Made by a program: the position numbers and the translations under genes. Of a DNA stretch of 64,000 nt, positions 7,518 to 16,888 are shown piece by piece (the first letter of the stretch is position 1; every line of letters starts with the position of its first letter). The DNA comes from a virus. The stretch covers positions 32,001 to 96,000 of the IMG/VR virus record IMGVR_UViG_3300050821_002963; one strand, written 5' to 3'. The notes under the pieces are model-generated. The model did no database searches. It was not told the origin of the DNA and saw nothing but the letters and a program-made list of their open reading frames with translations.

Positions 7518-9397
7518 TGGCTTGGCAATCTCTATTGAACTTCGACAAGAAAGAGAAGGCTTTTACTCCTGTCGAAAAGAAGGAAAAGAAGCCTAGGGAG
7601 AAGAAGGCGACTCCTGGTAAGAAAGAACGTGGTTGCGAACACTGTCCGCTGAACGAGGTAAAGGGTCTAAAGAAGGTAAAGAATCTCGACAAGATTAAGG
7701 GCAAAGCCATCATGGTGTGGGCTCAGAATCCTGGCGAGGAAGAGAATAGAGAAGGACGAGAGTTGATTGGAAGAGCTGGTCAGCTCTTGTGGAAGGTAGC
7801 GGCCTCGGTTGGATTGAAAAGAGAAGATTGTGATATTCAGAACGTGGTCAGGTGTTGGACCATCAGTAAGAATGAAATCGGTCAGTGGGAACCGAGAGAA
7901 CCTTCGAAGGAAGAAATACATGCGTGCTCAATCTACAACGAAGAAGCCCTTGAAATTGCAGGCGGAAGAACTAAGGTACATCTTGTCCTTGGCCTCGTTG
8001 CGGCGAAGCATCTTCTTAAGGGAGATTTTAGAAAAGACCAAAAAACGTTCTACTCGGAAAAACTCAAAGCGTGGGTAGTGTGTGCATCGCATCCTTCCTA
8101 TTTCCTCAGAGGGGCCCCAAGGTCGAAGTTGAAAGAGTTTAGGGACTCACTGGCCTCGGTAGTCCAGAAGGCAAATCTAAAAGGTGGTAAGTTTGCTTAC
8201 GTAGAAGGGTTGGATGCAAAAGCGATTGGTGTGAATGAACTGGACGAGGAAGAGAAGAGAATCAGGGCATCTGGTAAGAGGGTCATTTTCGATATAGAAG
8301 ACGGGACGGATGAGATTGGGAACAACGTCATCGTCTACGTTGGGTGGTCCTATGACAGGAACAAGGCCAGGGGGTTGTTCCTTTTTCACGAGAAGCTGAA
8401 GAAGAACAAAGAGATACTGCTAAAGAAACATTCCTTCCTAAAGAGAGTCCTGGAAGACCCAACGATTAAGAAAGGGTTTCAGCACGGAGTCTACGACGTC
8501 TGGAAGTTACTGGAGAATCTGGCGATAGCGGTCAAAGGATTCGACCACGACACTCAATACTCTGAGTACTTTAGGTTCTCCGGGCAGCGTTCCTATGGAC
8601 TGGCTGCGATTGCGGATAGGAGGTTCAAAGAGTTCGCTGGGTATAAGGGGATACTGGACCCATATCGGGATAAAGGTACGCAGTTGGTAAACTTCTTTAC
8701 GCTGCCTCCAAAAATCATCGTTATATATAATGGTGCAGATAACATCCTGACCAAGAGAATAGAAGAAAGCAATGATGGGAAGGTCCCGCAGGGCTTACTG
8801 AAAGTCTACGTACTGTGTGCCCCACAGTTGGCCAGGATGGAAGAGAGGGGACCATTATTCGATTCGGAGTACTCAAAGATACTGGAAGAGTGGATTCCAA
8901 AGAAACTGGAATTCCTACTGAAGAAGCTGCGGGGACTATCCGGTTCGGATAAGTTCAATCCCAATTCGCCGGTTCAGGTGGCAGAGCTCATCTACGACAA
9001 GCTAAAGTTGGGCAGATATCTGGATGACAAATGGAAAAAGGACTTCCCGCGTTCCACGGATAAGGATACGTTGCAGTTGTTGGAGTCTTTCAGTCCGGTA
9101 CCAAGATTGATTACAGACTTCCGTCAGCTCTCAAAGAAGAAGGGCACGTACATGGATGGGTACAAGAAGTCGGCAGAGATGTACGGAGGAAGGTTGCGGA
9201 CAAAGTGGTGGTTGACTGGTACGGTTACAGGTCGGTTGCGGTCTGGTGGGGAGCGCGGAGAGAAGGAAAAATCAAAAGGCATTATCAATCTACAAAATAT
9301 TCATGGAGAATCTGAAATCGAAAACCTTTTGGTATCGGATTTGAGATGGCGAGAGCTGTATGGACTATGGGAGGAGAAAAGACATGGTAAAAAGTAG
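7517..9397 (+). CDS. family-A DNA polymerase, N-terminal part (family-4 UDG-like domain + 3'-5' exonuclease + thumb)
   Basis: CEHCPL, QNPGEEE, GRAGQLL, NVVRC, HPSY (UDG-4); DIE, YD, YNGAD (ExoI-III); FNPNSPVQ, STDK, TVTGRLRS, NLQNI. Confidence 0.92.
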   Translation: MAWQSLLNFDKKEKAFTPVEKKEKKPREKKATPGKKERGCEHCPLNEVKGLKKVKNLDKIKGKAIMVWAQNPGEEENREGRELIGRAGQLLWKVAASVGLKREDCDIQNVVRCWTISKNEIGQWEPREPSKEEIHACSIYNEEALEIAGGRTKVHLVLGLVAAKHLLKGDFRKDQKTFYSEKLKAWVVCASHPSYFLRGAPRSKLKEFRDSLASVVQKANLKGGKFAYVEGLDAKAIGVNELDEEEKRIRASGKRVIFDIEDGTDEIGNNVIVYVGWSYDRNKARGLFLFHEKLKKNKEILLKKHSFLKRVLEDPTIKKGFQHGVYDVWKLLENLAIAVKGFDHDTQYSEYFRFSGQRSYGLAAIADRRFKEFAGYKGILDPYRDKGTQLVNFFTLPPKIIVIYNGADNILTKRIEESNDGKVPQGLLKVYVLCAPQLARMEERGPLFDSEYSKILEEWIPKKLEFLLKKLRGLSGSDKFNPNSPVQVAELIYDKLKLGRYLDDKWKKDFPRSTDKDTLQLLESFSPVPRLITDFRQLSKKKGTYMDGYKKSAEMYGGRLRTKWWLTGTVTGRLRSGGERGEKEKSKGIINLQNIHGESEIENLLVSDLRWRELYGLWEEKRHGKK

Positions 9398-9405
9398 GGT
9401 TAGAT

Positions 9406-9972
9406 ATGAAGATAGGAACGAAGAGTGTGCTGTACGGGGCACACTGTTTTTTCTTGCACCCGTGGTTTGTGGCAGCGGCGTGGTGGCAGTTGTTTGGGTT
9501 TCCGTGGGACCTTAGATTGTGGGTGGCCTTCTTCGTACACGATATCGGTTATTGGGGAAAGCCGAATATGGATGGAGACGAAGGAGAGGAACACCCAAGA
9601 ACGGGTGCTATCCTCATGTACAAGTTATTCGGGCATGAGTGGTGGAAATTTTGTATGTACCATTCTCGGTTTTGGGCAAAGAGACACAATGAAAAACCGT
9701 CAGCTTTGTGCATAGCGGACAAGTTGGCTATCTGCTTGACGCCAAGGTGGTTGTATCTGCCGATGGTAAATTGGACAGGAGAGATTGAGGAGTACATGAA
9801 GTTTGCAGGCAAGATGAATAACTTACCGCCTGGATTATCCCAACGAGCTTGGCACGATGGGATGGTGAAGTATGTCAGGGCTTGGGTGGAAGAACACAAA
9901 GACGGGAAGGAAGATACCTGGACCAAGCCAAAGTCGAAGCAGACTAGTGACAAGAATGGAGTTTGGACGTGA
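9406..9972 (+). CDS. HD-domain metal-dependent phosphohydrolase-like protein
   Basis: H...VHDIG...EHP...YHS...ADK spacing typical of the HD superfamily. Confidence 0.6.
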   Translation: MKIGTKSVLYGAHCFFLHPWFVAAAWWQLFGFPWDLRLWVAFFVHDIGYWGKPNMDGDEGEEHPRTGAILMYKLFGHEWWKFCMYHSRFWAKRHNEKPSALCIADKLAICLTPRWLYLPMVNWTGEIEEYMKFAGKMNNLPPGLSQRAWHDGMVKYVRAWVEEHKDGKEDTWTKPKSKQTSDKNGVWT

Positions 9973-10868
9973 GCCTGCTTTCCAGATTCGGGGATTTGGA
10001 TGTATTTCTATCGGCGGACAACAGCCAGCTGGAAATTAGAGTGCTGGCCCAGATGTCTCAGGACCAGAAGCTGATTGGCTTGATTCAATCGGGAGAGGAC
10101 ATCCATAGTTCAGTCGGTCATGTTCTAACTGGGTGGCCAATAGAGAAAATCAAAAAAGACCGTGATATGAGAACGACTGTGAAGGGAATTCACTTCGGAA
10201 TCATTTACGGGTTGTCGGGGGAGTCCCTGTACTGGAAGCTCAAGACGGAAGCAGCTGAGCAAGGTAAGCAGTTCAACATGAGTAAGGAGCAGGTGATGGC
10301 TCTGCACTCAGCTTACTTTAAGAAGTTTGCGGGAGTAGATAGGTGGCTGAAAGCTCAGGTGGAATTTGCACAGGAGCACGGCTACGTTCCTACGCTATTC
10401 GGATTCAAGAGAGAGATTTCTCCATTCGGGGATGAGGACAGGGCCACGTTCTGGGCGAATCAGTCCAAGAACTCACCTATTCAGGGAACGGCACACCAGT
10501 TGCTTCTCATTGCTTTGGCTATTCTGGAGATTAAGAAAAAGACTTACCATCTGTTACAGAGGTTGGCTATGGAAGGCCATGACGCATTGGTCAGCTTTGT
10601 AGCATTGCGAGATCTACTGGAAGCGTACAAACAGATAATGTACCTATTGGAAACAGACGTTCTCATCTATGTGAAAAAGTGGTGGCCGGAGATAGATTGG
10701 CAGGTACCGCTTAAGGCAGAAGCAAAAGTCGGGTTCAGATACGGGGTTAAGATAGACTACGCAGGTGAGTCGGTTGAGGAGTTCGTTGAGAAGTGGTGTA
10801 AAGAGAATTACGAGTTTGAGAAGAAGTTGAAGGAAGATATCGAGAAACCATTTGAGCTTTCTGTATAA
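9969..10868 (+). CDS. family-A DNA polymerase, C-terminal catalytic part (palm/fingers)
   Basis: motif A SADNSQLEIRVLA, DIH, motif B RTTVKGIHFGIIYG, NSPIQGTA, motif C GHDALV; GTG start overlaps the previous TGA. Confidence 0.92.
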   Translation: MSLLSRFGDLDVFLSADNSQLEIRVLAQMSQDQKLIGLIQSGEDIHSSVGHVLTGWPIEKIKKDRDMRTTVKGIHFGIIYGLSGESLYWKLKTEAAEQGKQFNMSKEQVMALHSAYFKKFAGVDRWLKAQVEFAQEHGYVPTLFGFKREISPFGDEDRATFWANQSKNSPIQGTAHQLLLIALAILEIKKKTYHLLQRLAMEGHDALVSFVALRDLLEAYKQIMYLLETDVLIYVKKWWPEIDWQVPLKAEAKVGFRYGVKIDYAGESVEEFVEKWCKENYEFEKKLKEDIEKPFELSV

Positions 10869-10877
10869 TATAGAGCC

Positions 10878-11372
10878 ATGATAAAGAAACTGCCTATCGG
10901 GGAAGTGAACATCAAAGAGATAGTGGACCATCTTGCCTTTGAGGAAGAGGACTTACAGACGGCGGCACTGGAACAAGCCAAGTTGTATATGGCTGCTGCC
11001 ACCTATCGTGTCAAACAGATGCGACACAGACAAGAAGCGGAAATGCATCTGGATAATCTTCGTGTGGACTACGGGCTGAAGTTAAGAATGAAGTACAAAG
11101 GACAAAAGGGAACGACAGAACGTTTCATCAACGATATGATTGAGCGAGTGCCCGAGATACGCACAGCAGTTTCAGAAGTAGCCAAAGCGAAGCGGTTCGA
11201 AGAGTGGTCAAAACTTCTCTTGGATGCTTTTGAACATAGAAGGTCTTCGTTAAAGATACTGTCTCAGTTCATCTTTATGCAAGACACTTTTACGGGGAAG
11301 TTCGAGACAGGTAAACTGAAAGCTAGACGGGCCGCGCTGAGGGGTCAGCTTGCTGAACAGGAGGAAGTATGA
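10878..11372 (+). CDS. UvsY-like recombination mediator (putative)
   Basis: Helical 164-aa protein, TERFINDMI...LLDAFEHRRSSL; next to SSB and RecA-like genes. Confidence 0.55.
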   Translation: MIKKLPIGEVNIKEIVDHLAFEEEDLQTAALEQAKLYMAAATYRVKQMRHRQEAEMHLDNLRVDYGLKLRMKYKGQKGTTERFINDMIERVPEIRTAVSEVAKAKRFEEWSKLLLDAFEHRRSSLKILSQFIFMQDTFTGKFETGKLKARRAALRGQLAEQEEV

Positions 11373-11581
11373 GCTGGCAAGGACAGTTTACTCTTTGGAT
11401 GCTTTCCGTAATATCATACGCATTCGTGAGTTTGGTTTGCGTAGCGGTATTAAAGCGAGCGGTAATCGCGGGATTAAAGGAGGTGGTACTTTTCTACTTT
11501 ACCGAGAAGGTGAAGTGGTTGGAGGAAGTGGAAAAGAAGTTTGGAGGTAAAGGTAGTCAGTTCGGTTCGGCACTTCACTAA
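11369..11581 (+). CDS. small membrane protein
   Basis: N-terminal hydrophobic helix; ATGA coupling. Confidence 0.55.
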   Translation: MSWQGQFTLWMLSVISYAFVSLVCVAVLKRAVIAGLKEVVLFYFTEKVKWLEEVEKKFGGKGSQFGSALH

Positions 11582-11608
11582 GAAAGAAGGAGTCTAAAAC
11601 GCTAAACG

Positions 11609-12646
11609 ATGGATAAGCGGGAAGCAATCAAACAGCGGTTGAAGGAACGTACGACCTCAAAGCGGTTCAAGTTGCCGGAAGGCGATACGACATTCCGGGT
11701 TTTACCGAACGCGAAGGGCTTAGATAAATTCGCATTTGTTGAATACGCTATGCATAGCAACGTCGGGGCGAGAAAAGCCTACCTTCGTTGCGGTGACAAG
11801 AAGGCCGGGGAAGGTAACTGCTGGCTTTGCACGAAAGTAGCTGAGTTGGGAGAATCGAAAAAGTCTGCGGCCAGAGAAGCTGCGGATAAGATGAAGAGAA
11901 AGGAAGCATGCGCAGTACAGATTGCCTACGTATCGGATGGAAAGTGGATTGGTCCGGTATTATGGGAAATGCCTGTCTCGATAGCGAACAAGCTGATGGG
12001 CATTATGAGTCGCAAGGAAGTGGAGAATCCTGAGAAGGGTTACAATATCACTATTTCCAGAGTCGGTACGGGAATGACTGACACCAGATACGGAGACATG
12101 GACAGGGACGATGAACCCTCTGCAGCTCCGGCAAAGGTGTTGGCGGCTTTACAGCCATTCGGGGAAGTCGTAAGGAAGTATGACGAGGCTCTCCAGAAGA
12201 AAGAGTTCTTCGGCCATGAGCAGACGGAGGATATTACAGAAGAAGAACCGGCTGAAGAAGAGGAAGTAAAACCGACAAGCAAGAAGAAGCCAGCCGTGGT
12301 GGAAGAAGAGGAAGAAGAAGTACAAGTAGCTAAGAAACCTGCCGCGAAGAAAAAGCCTGTAGTGGAAGAGGAAGAAACGACGGAAGCGGATGAAGACGGC
12401 TCTGCGGAGGACGACCTCTTTGGAGACGGCGACATCCCTAATTTGGATGACGAGACTGAAGGAGAAGAAAGTGGTCAAGAAGAGGAAGAAGAAACCCCTA
12501 AGCCCAGCAAAAAGCCAAGCGGCAAGCCGAGTAAGAAAGTCGAGCCAGAGCCAGAAGAGGAAGAAGAACCAGTCGCAGTCAGTAAAAAGCCGGCTGCGAA
12601 GCCAAAAGCCAAGCCCACCCCACCAACAGACGACGATGGCTTCTGA
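11609..12646 (+). CDS. gp32-like single-stranded DNA-binding protein with long acidic/Lys-Pro tail
   Basis: TFRVLP, H..C..CWLC zinc site, NPEKGYNITISR.GTG..TRY, acidic C-terminus ending DDDGF. Confidence 0.8.
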   Translation: MDKREAIKQRLKERTTSKRFKLPEGDTTFRVLPNAKGLDKFAFVEYAMHSNVGARKAYLRCGDKKAGEGNCWLCTKVAELGESKKSAAREAADKMKRKEACAVQIAYVSDGKWIGPVLWEMPVSIANKLMGIMSRKEVENPEKGYNITISRVGTGMTDTRYGDMDRDDEPSAAPAKVLAALQPFGEVVRKYDEALQKKEFFGHEQTEDITEEEPAEEEEVKPTSKKKPAVVEEEEEEVQVAKKPAAKKKPVVEEEETTEADEDGSAEDDLFGDGDIPNLDDETEGEESGQEEEEETPKPSKKPSGKPSKKVEPEPEEEEEPVAVSKKPAAKPKAKPTPPTDDDGF

Positions 12647-12809
12647 GGAACAGAAGCTTAACTTTGGTTTGGGACACGACCCGGGTCCAACGACGGAAAA
12701 AGAGGTAGAACATCTGTATAAGGAACCGGACGATACACCAGAACCAGAGCTTGAAGAGGATGTAGAAGAGGAAGAAGACGAGGAGTATATGGACCTACCA
12801 AAAGACTAA
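12636..12809 (+). CDS. small very acidic protein (57 aa)
   Basis: MASEEQKLNFG...EEDVEEEEDEEYMDLPKD, between SSB and RecA, TAATG coupling. Confidence 0.55.
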   Translation: MASEEQKLNFGLGHDPGPTTEKEVEHLYKEPDDTPEPELEEDVEEEEDEEYMDLPKD

Positions 12810-13732
12810 TGGCCAACAAACCAACGAGCTCGGTCTCCTATTCAGCGGAGGCCGAGCTTGCTTTAATTCGGAAGAAGCTAAAGCATTTTACCACCAAGCA
12901 ACCGACTAAGTACTGGTTAGATACGGGAGACAAACACCTGAACTCTACGTTTGGTTCAGAAAGAGATGGGGTTCCGTACGGTAAGCTGTTCGAGTTGGCT
13001 GGTTGGGAATCGAACGGCAAGACAGCACAGATGCTAAAGCTGATGGGTATGGCTCAGAAAGACGGGGCCAAAGCGGCGGAAGTGGATTTGGAAGGTAGCT
13101 GGGACCCTGAGTGGGCTCGGCAGCTAGGCGTGAACCCGGAAGAGGTGTTGGTCTTCCAGCCTGAGATTGGTCTATTCGGAGATGAGAAGGAAGAGAGGAT
13201 GCAGTACGGTGAGGAAGTTTTCGAGGAAGTAGACCTGTGGTTGAAAAGATGCAAGAAGCAGAACCCCAATGGCAGAATCTTTTTGGGGGTGGATTCGATA
13301 GCAGCCATCATGACAGAGGAAGACGAGGTAGCAGGAATTGAGAATCAGAACATGCGGACAAAGATTTCGCAAGCTACCTTTCTATCTAGATTGCTGAGAC
13401 GGTGGGTGGCTCTGGCACGGGCTACCAATGCCATGATGTTCTTTATCAATCAGCTCAGGGTTTCTCCGGGCGTAATGTTTGGCAATCCCGAGTACACACC
13501 AGGAGGAAATGCCGTTAGACTCTACTCATCGGTTCGGGTGAGGATGAGACGGAAGGGGAAGCCAATCTTGAAGGGCGGAAAGAAAGTTGGGATAAAAGGG
13601 AAACTCCAGAACTACAAGAACAAGGCTGGTAATGGTTCGCGAGAAGGGTTCGAATGCGGCTACAAGCTATACTTTGACGGTAAGCTCAAGTATGTAGACG
13701 TGGACGAGATAAAAATCGAGGGGACCGAGTAA
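12809..13732 (+). CDS. recA: RecA/UvsX-like recombinase
   Basis: GVPYGKLFELAGWESNGKT Walker A, DLEGSWD, VDSIAA, FINQLR, FGNPEYTPGGNAVRLYSSVR. Confidence 0.93.
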   Translation: MANKPTSSVSYSAEAELALIRKKLKHFTTKQPTKYWLDTGDKHLNSTFGSERDGVPYGKLFELAGWESNGKTAQMLKLMGMAQKDGAKAAEVDLEGSWDPEWARQLGVNPEEVLVFQPEIGLFGDEKEERMQYGEEVFEEVDLWLKRCKKQNPNGRIFLGVDSIAAIMTEEDEVAGIENQNMRTKISQATFLSRLLRRWVALARATNAMMFFINQLRVSPGVMFGNPEYTPGGNAVRLYSSVRVRMRRKGKPILKGGKKVGIKGKLQNYKNKAGNGSREGFECGYKLYFDGKLKYVDVDEIKIEGTE

Positions 13733-13733
13733 A

Positions 13734-14114
13734 ATGGAATCCAGCCTGAGAGCAAAAGCCATCCATCGTAGGATGGGAAGCATATTCCGAGCCTTAGTCG
13801 GTACAGGTAGGTTGAATCCGACGTCAGCTACGCTATCTTTTCGAGAATGGATGCATTACGAAGTGAGGCCGTGTGACAGGCCAATGGTTTTGAAATATAT
13901 GGAAGAGTCGTTGAAAGAAGTAGAGAGACGGGTAAGATGGATTAGGCAGGAGTTGCAAGATACTCAAGTGGAGGTTAGTGATGGCAAAGGACAACAAGTC
14001 CCTATACAGTTGGGACAAGATAATCTACGGGCTGGTATCAGAAGTGGGTTGCGGCACCATGAGTGCGAAGGAGGCCTCAGACAAGCTCAGAGAGTACGTC
14101 CAAGGCATGGATGA
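13734..14114 (+). CDS. hypothetical protein
   Basis: ORF track; 3' part overlaps the next ORF. Confidence 0.4.
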   Translation: MESSLRAKAIHRRMGSIFRALVGTGRLNPTSATLSFREWMHYEVRPCDRPMVLKYMEESLKEVERRVRWIRQELQDTQVEVSDGKGQQVPIQLGQDNLRAGIRSGLRHHECEGGLRQAQRVRPRHG

Positions 14115-14223
14115 GAAGGAGAGGGCAGAGTTCAGAGAAAAGGCCTTGGGTAGAGCCAGCACTATCATGCAAGTAGCGGAATTGTTCAAACAGGAGTTGA
14201 CGTTGATAGGAGCAGGGCAGTGA
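13978..14223 (+). CDS. hypothetical protein
   Basis: GGAGG SD; 81 aa. Confidence 0.55.
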   Translation: MMAKDNKSLYSWDKIIYGLVSEVGCGTMSAKEASDKLREYVQGMDEKERAEFREKALGRASTIMQVAELFKQELTLIGAGQ

Positions 14224-14392
14224 ATGAAGTGAAGATAGCAGTTTGGTTGTTTTGTTTTGGTGGGCTCGTTTATTCTCTGGTTAGGTTGGCAACGGAGAGT
14301 TGTAGACATTGTCACATGGCCAGAATGGATGGGCATACTCGAGATTGTCCTAGGTACAAAAGCAGTAAACGTTTCTATTAAGGAGAAGAACG

Positions 14393-14806
14393 ATGGAAAA
14401 TCTGGTTCGAGAGGCAGTAAAACCTTTGCAGCTAGTTGAAGTAGACATGGCTGAGAAGGTGTTGGCAGACAGAGCGATAAAGGAGTTGGGGTACAGCCCA
14501 CTTGCTAATGCGGTAGCTGAGAAATTGCGGTTGGCTGCCAAAGAAAACTATGCTGAGATTTTTAAGAAACTTGGCATTGAGCCATTCTCCAAAGAAAGTG
14601 TGGAGAAGTACAAGGCAGAGATGCTGAGAAAGGCCAATTTTTCGGGTGTGGTTAGAGAAGCACTTTCTGAAGACTTGGGCGCGTACCTTTTCTTCGCCTC
14701 TGCCTTTGTTACCTTTGTTACCGTTGTTGCTTTTGTAATTGTTGCCGTAGAGGCTGGTATAGCTCACCACGGTTGCCGAAGCACTATCTTGCTGAACTGG
14801 AAATGA
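14393..14806 (+). CDS. membrane protein, hypothetical
   Basis: AAGGAG SD; C-terminal hydrophobic helix. Confidence 0.6.
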   Translation: MENLVREAVKPLQLVEVDMAEKVLADRAIKELGYSPLANAVAEKLRLAAKENYAEIFKKLGIEPFSKESVEKYKAEMLRKANFSGVVREALSEDLGAYLFFASAFVTFVTVVAFVIVAVEAGIAHHGCRSTILLNWK

Positions 14807-15660
14807 TGGAACAGCAGTACAGACAGATTAGCTATTACGTCCCGCGGCTGTCTCCAGAAGAGGAAAGATTGCAGCAGATGCTTGAGGAACATCGGGTTAG
14901 CTTCGAACGTTGGTTTCGTCAATACATGAACCAGCAGCTGTGGTCTAGTTATTCTAATCCACATTTCGACCCATGGAAAGTGATACCAATACCGCCGCTG
15001 AAGATACGTTACCGGTTTTGTTCACTTCCTCAAGTATCTGTTCAGGCAGAAAGCGAACTACCTATGGCAACTATGACTATCGGAAATGTAACCGTGTGGC
15101 AGGAGTGGAATTCTCTTTACTATCAGTACCAGCTGCAAGGTACTGCAACAGCTGCCAATTCGATAAGTAACTACGGTACTGGTACGACAGCTCAGGATGT
15201 ATGGATGCAGTGGAACCAGTACTATCAGCAACAGACAGGCATGATGACTCCGCCAGTAAGTAGGGTAGCGGAAATAACTCCGGAACAGTTGGCTCAGCAG
15301 AGAGAGCTAGCTGCTAGACAACAAGAAGAAGCGAGAGTGGCTGCTTGTAAGAGAGACGAAGAACGGGCGGCGGCTAAACAGAAAGCCAAGGAGCTACTGG
15401 TCAGTGCTTTGGAAGCAGAGCAGAAGGCAAGCTTCGAGAAGAATGGTTACTTTGATGTGGTAGTCAAAGATAAGACCTACAGAATTAAGCCAGGCGAGAT
15501 GATTCTGCTGTTGAACGAAAAGAGGGTTGTGTGCAGGTACTGCATCCACCCTGAGCATGGGTCTCAGTTACCCCATGAAGATGTGGCACTGAGTCAGAAG
15601 CTGCTGTTGGAATCATCGGAAGAAACATTCTTGACGATTGCCAACAGACATTCTGTATAA
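14803..15660 (+). CDS. hypothetical protein (Gln-rich, coiled coil)
   Basis: ORF track; ATGA coupling; the real start may be the internal ATG near 15064. Confidence 0.6.
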   Translation: MMEQQYRQISYYVPRLSPEEERLQQMLEEHRVSFERWFRQYMNQQLWSSYSNPHFDPWKVIPIPPLKIRYRFCSLPQVSVQAESELPMATMTIGNVTVWQEWNSLYYQYQLQGTATAANSISNYGTGTTAQDVWMQWNQYYQQQTGMMTPPVSRVAEITPEQLAQQRELAARQQEEARVAACKRDEERAAAKQKAKELLVSALEAEQKASFEKNGYFDVVVKDKTYRIKPGEMILLLNEKRVVCRYCIHPEHGSQLPHEDVALSQKLLLESSEETFLTIANRHSV

Positions 15661-15684
15661 TTAGCTCAAGGGCGAAGGGAAAGC

Positions 15685-16698
15685 ATGAAGAGAACATTGG
15701 CGCATGTGCTACGGCCAAGAAAGCTTTCCCAGTTAATCGGGCAGCCAAAGCTGGTGGCTCAGATTCGGAATCAGTACAAGTCTGAGCGAGAGCCTCCAGC
15801 TTGGCAGTTTCAAGGTGTAACTGGTACTGGGAAGACGACGGTGGCACGGATACTGGCTTTGTCTTTGCAGTGCACTCATGCCGAGTTTGGTGAGCCCTGC
15901 GATGAGTGCTACGCCAACAGATTGAATTTCTCGATAAGAGATGTCAACGCTTCGCATCTTGGTGGTAAGGAAGATATGGCGAAGCTGGTAGATTCGGCGC
16001 AATACATGCCTGCCCCACCTTCCAGAAGAATAGTTATTATCTTGGACGAGGCTCAGAAGATTTCGGACTCTGGCCAGAATCTCCTACTAAAAGCAATGGA
16101 AGATACCCCGGATACGACAGTCTGGATTGTGGCTACGTCTGAGCCTACGTTGTTGAAGCCTGCCTTTGCTAGAAGATGTGAGATTGGGATTCTTAAGTTG
16201 CTCCAGGTGGAAGACATAAAGAAGTTGATACGCAGGGCTTTCAAGTACACGGCATACACGGGAGAATTGGAACCACTTTTGGATGCCTTGTGTGAAGCAA
16301 AGATTCAGTCTTCCGGCATCATCCTCAATGCAGTAGAGAAGTATGTGAATGGGATGGATGCGGCGGATGCGGTTAAGTTGGTTGGTGGTGAGGCAGATGT
16401 GTTAGCCATCTGTCGAGCGCTGGAGAAGGGAGATTGGAATGAAATCAAAAAGCAAACCAAAGAAGCTACGGGAGATGACCTCAGAGGAATTAGAGCTGCG
16501 GTTGCAGCTTATCTGCGTGGGGCACTTGAGTCGGCAATACCAGGACCTAGAGCTATGGATTGGGCAAGAGCGATTGACACTGTGGCGAGAGTCGATTCTT
16601 ATACAGACGCGACTCAAGGACCTGCAACAGTAGCAGCTTTGTATCAGCTTTGTCAGCAATTCACTGGACCTATAAGAGGGCAGGACGATGAAGACTAA
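15685..16698 (+). CDS. dnaX: clamp-loader AAA+ ATPase, DnaX (gamma/tau)-like
   Basis: LRPRKLSQLIGQ, GVTGTGKTTVARILA, C..PCDEC zinc module, IILDEA, NLLLKAMED, ARRC. Confidence 0.9.
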   Translation: MKRTLAHVLRPRKLSQLIGQPKLVAQIRNQYKSEREPPAWQFQGVTGTGKTTVARILALSLQCTHAEFGEPCDECYANRLNFSIRDVNASHLGGKEDMAKLVDSAQYMPAPPSRRIVIILDEAQKISDSGQNLLLKAMEDTPDTTVWIVATSEPTLLKPAFARRCEIGILKLLQVEDIKKLIRRAFKYTAYTGELEPLLDALCEAKIQSSGIILNAVEKYVNGMDAADAVKLVGGEADVLAICRALEKGDWNEIKKQTKEATGDDLRGIRAAVAAYLRGALESAIPGPRAMDWARAIDTVARVDSYTDATQGPATVAALYQLCQQFTGPIRGQDDED

Positions 16699-16888
16699 CA
16701 TGTTGGTCAGATGGATTTTGGAAATTTTTGTATTGGAGGAAGTTTGGAGGCATAGTCATTGGTCAGTGGCATTGACTTTGACTCTCTTTACGGTGCGGGT
16801 TGAGTTGCAGGATTGTGTGAAAGAGATACGTAGAAAGAATGACCAGGATTTGAAAGACAGATTGTTTCGTTTAGCAGGAATGAAATAA
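16688..16888 (+). CDS. small membrane-associated hypothetical protein
   Basis: ORF track; hydrophobic N-half. Confidence 0.45.
   Translation: MKTNMLVRWILEIFVLEEVWRHSHWSVALTLTLFTVRVELQDCVKEIRRKNDQDLKDRLFRLAGMK

Noticed and set aside
9398-9968. Self-splicing intron or intein in the polymerase
   Set aside because: The interval is almost wholly one ORF with no homing-endonuclease motif, no space for a ribozyme core and no intein terminal residues; not fully excluded without RT-PCR
12200-12646. Low-complexity GAA-rich tract as a DNA repeat element
   Set aside because: Explained by the Glu/Lys/Pro-rich tail of the SSB
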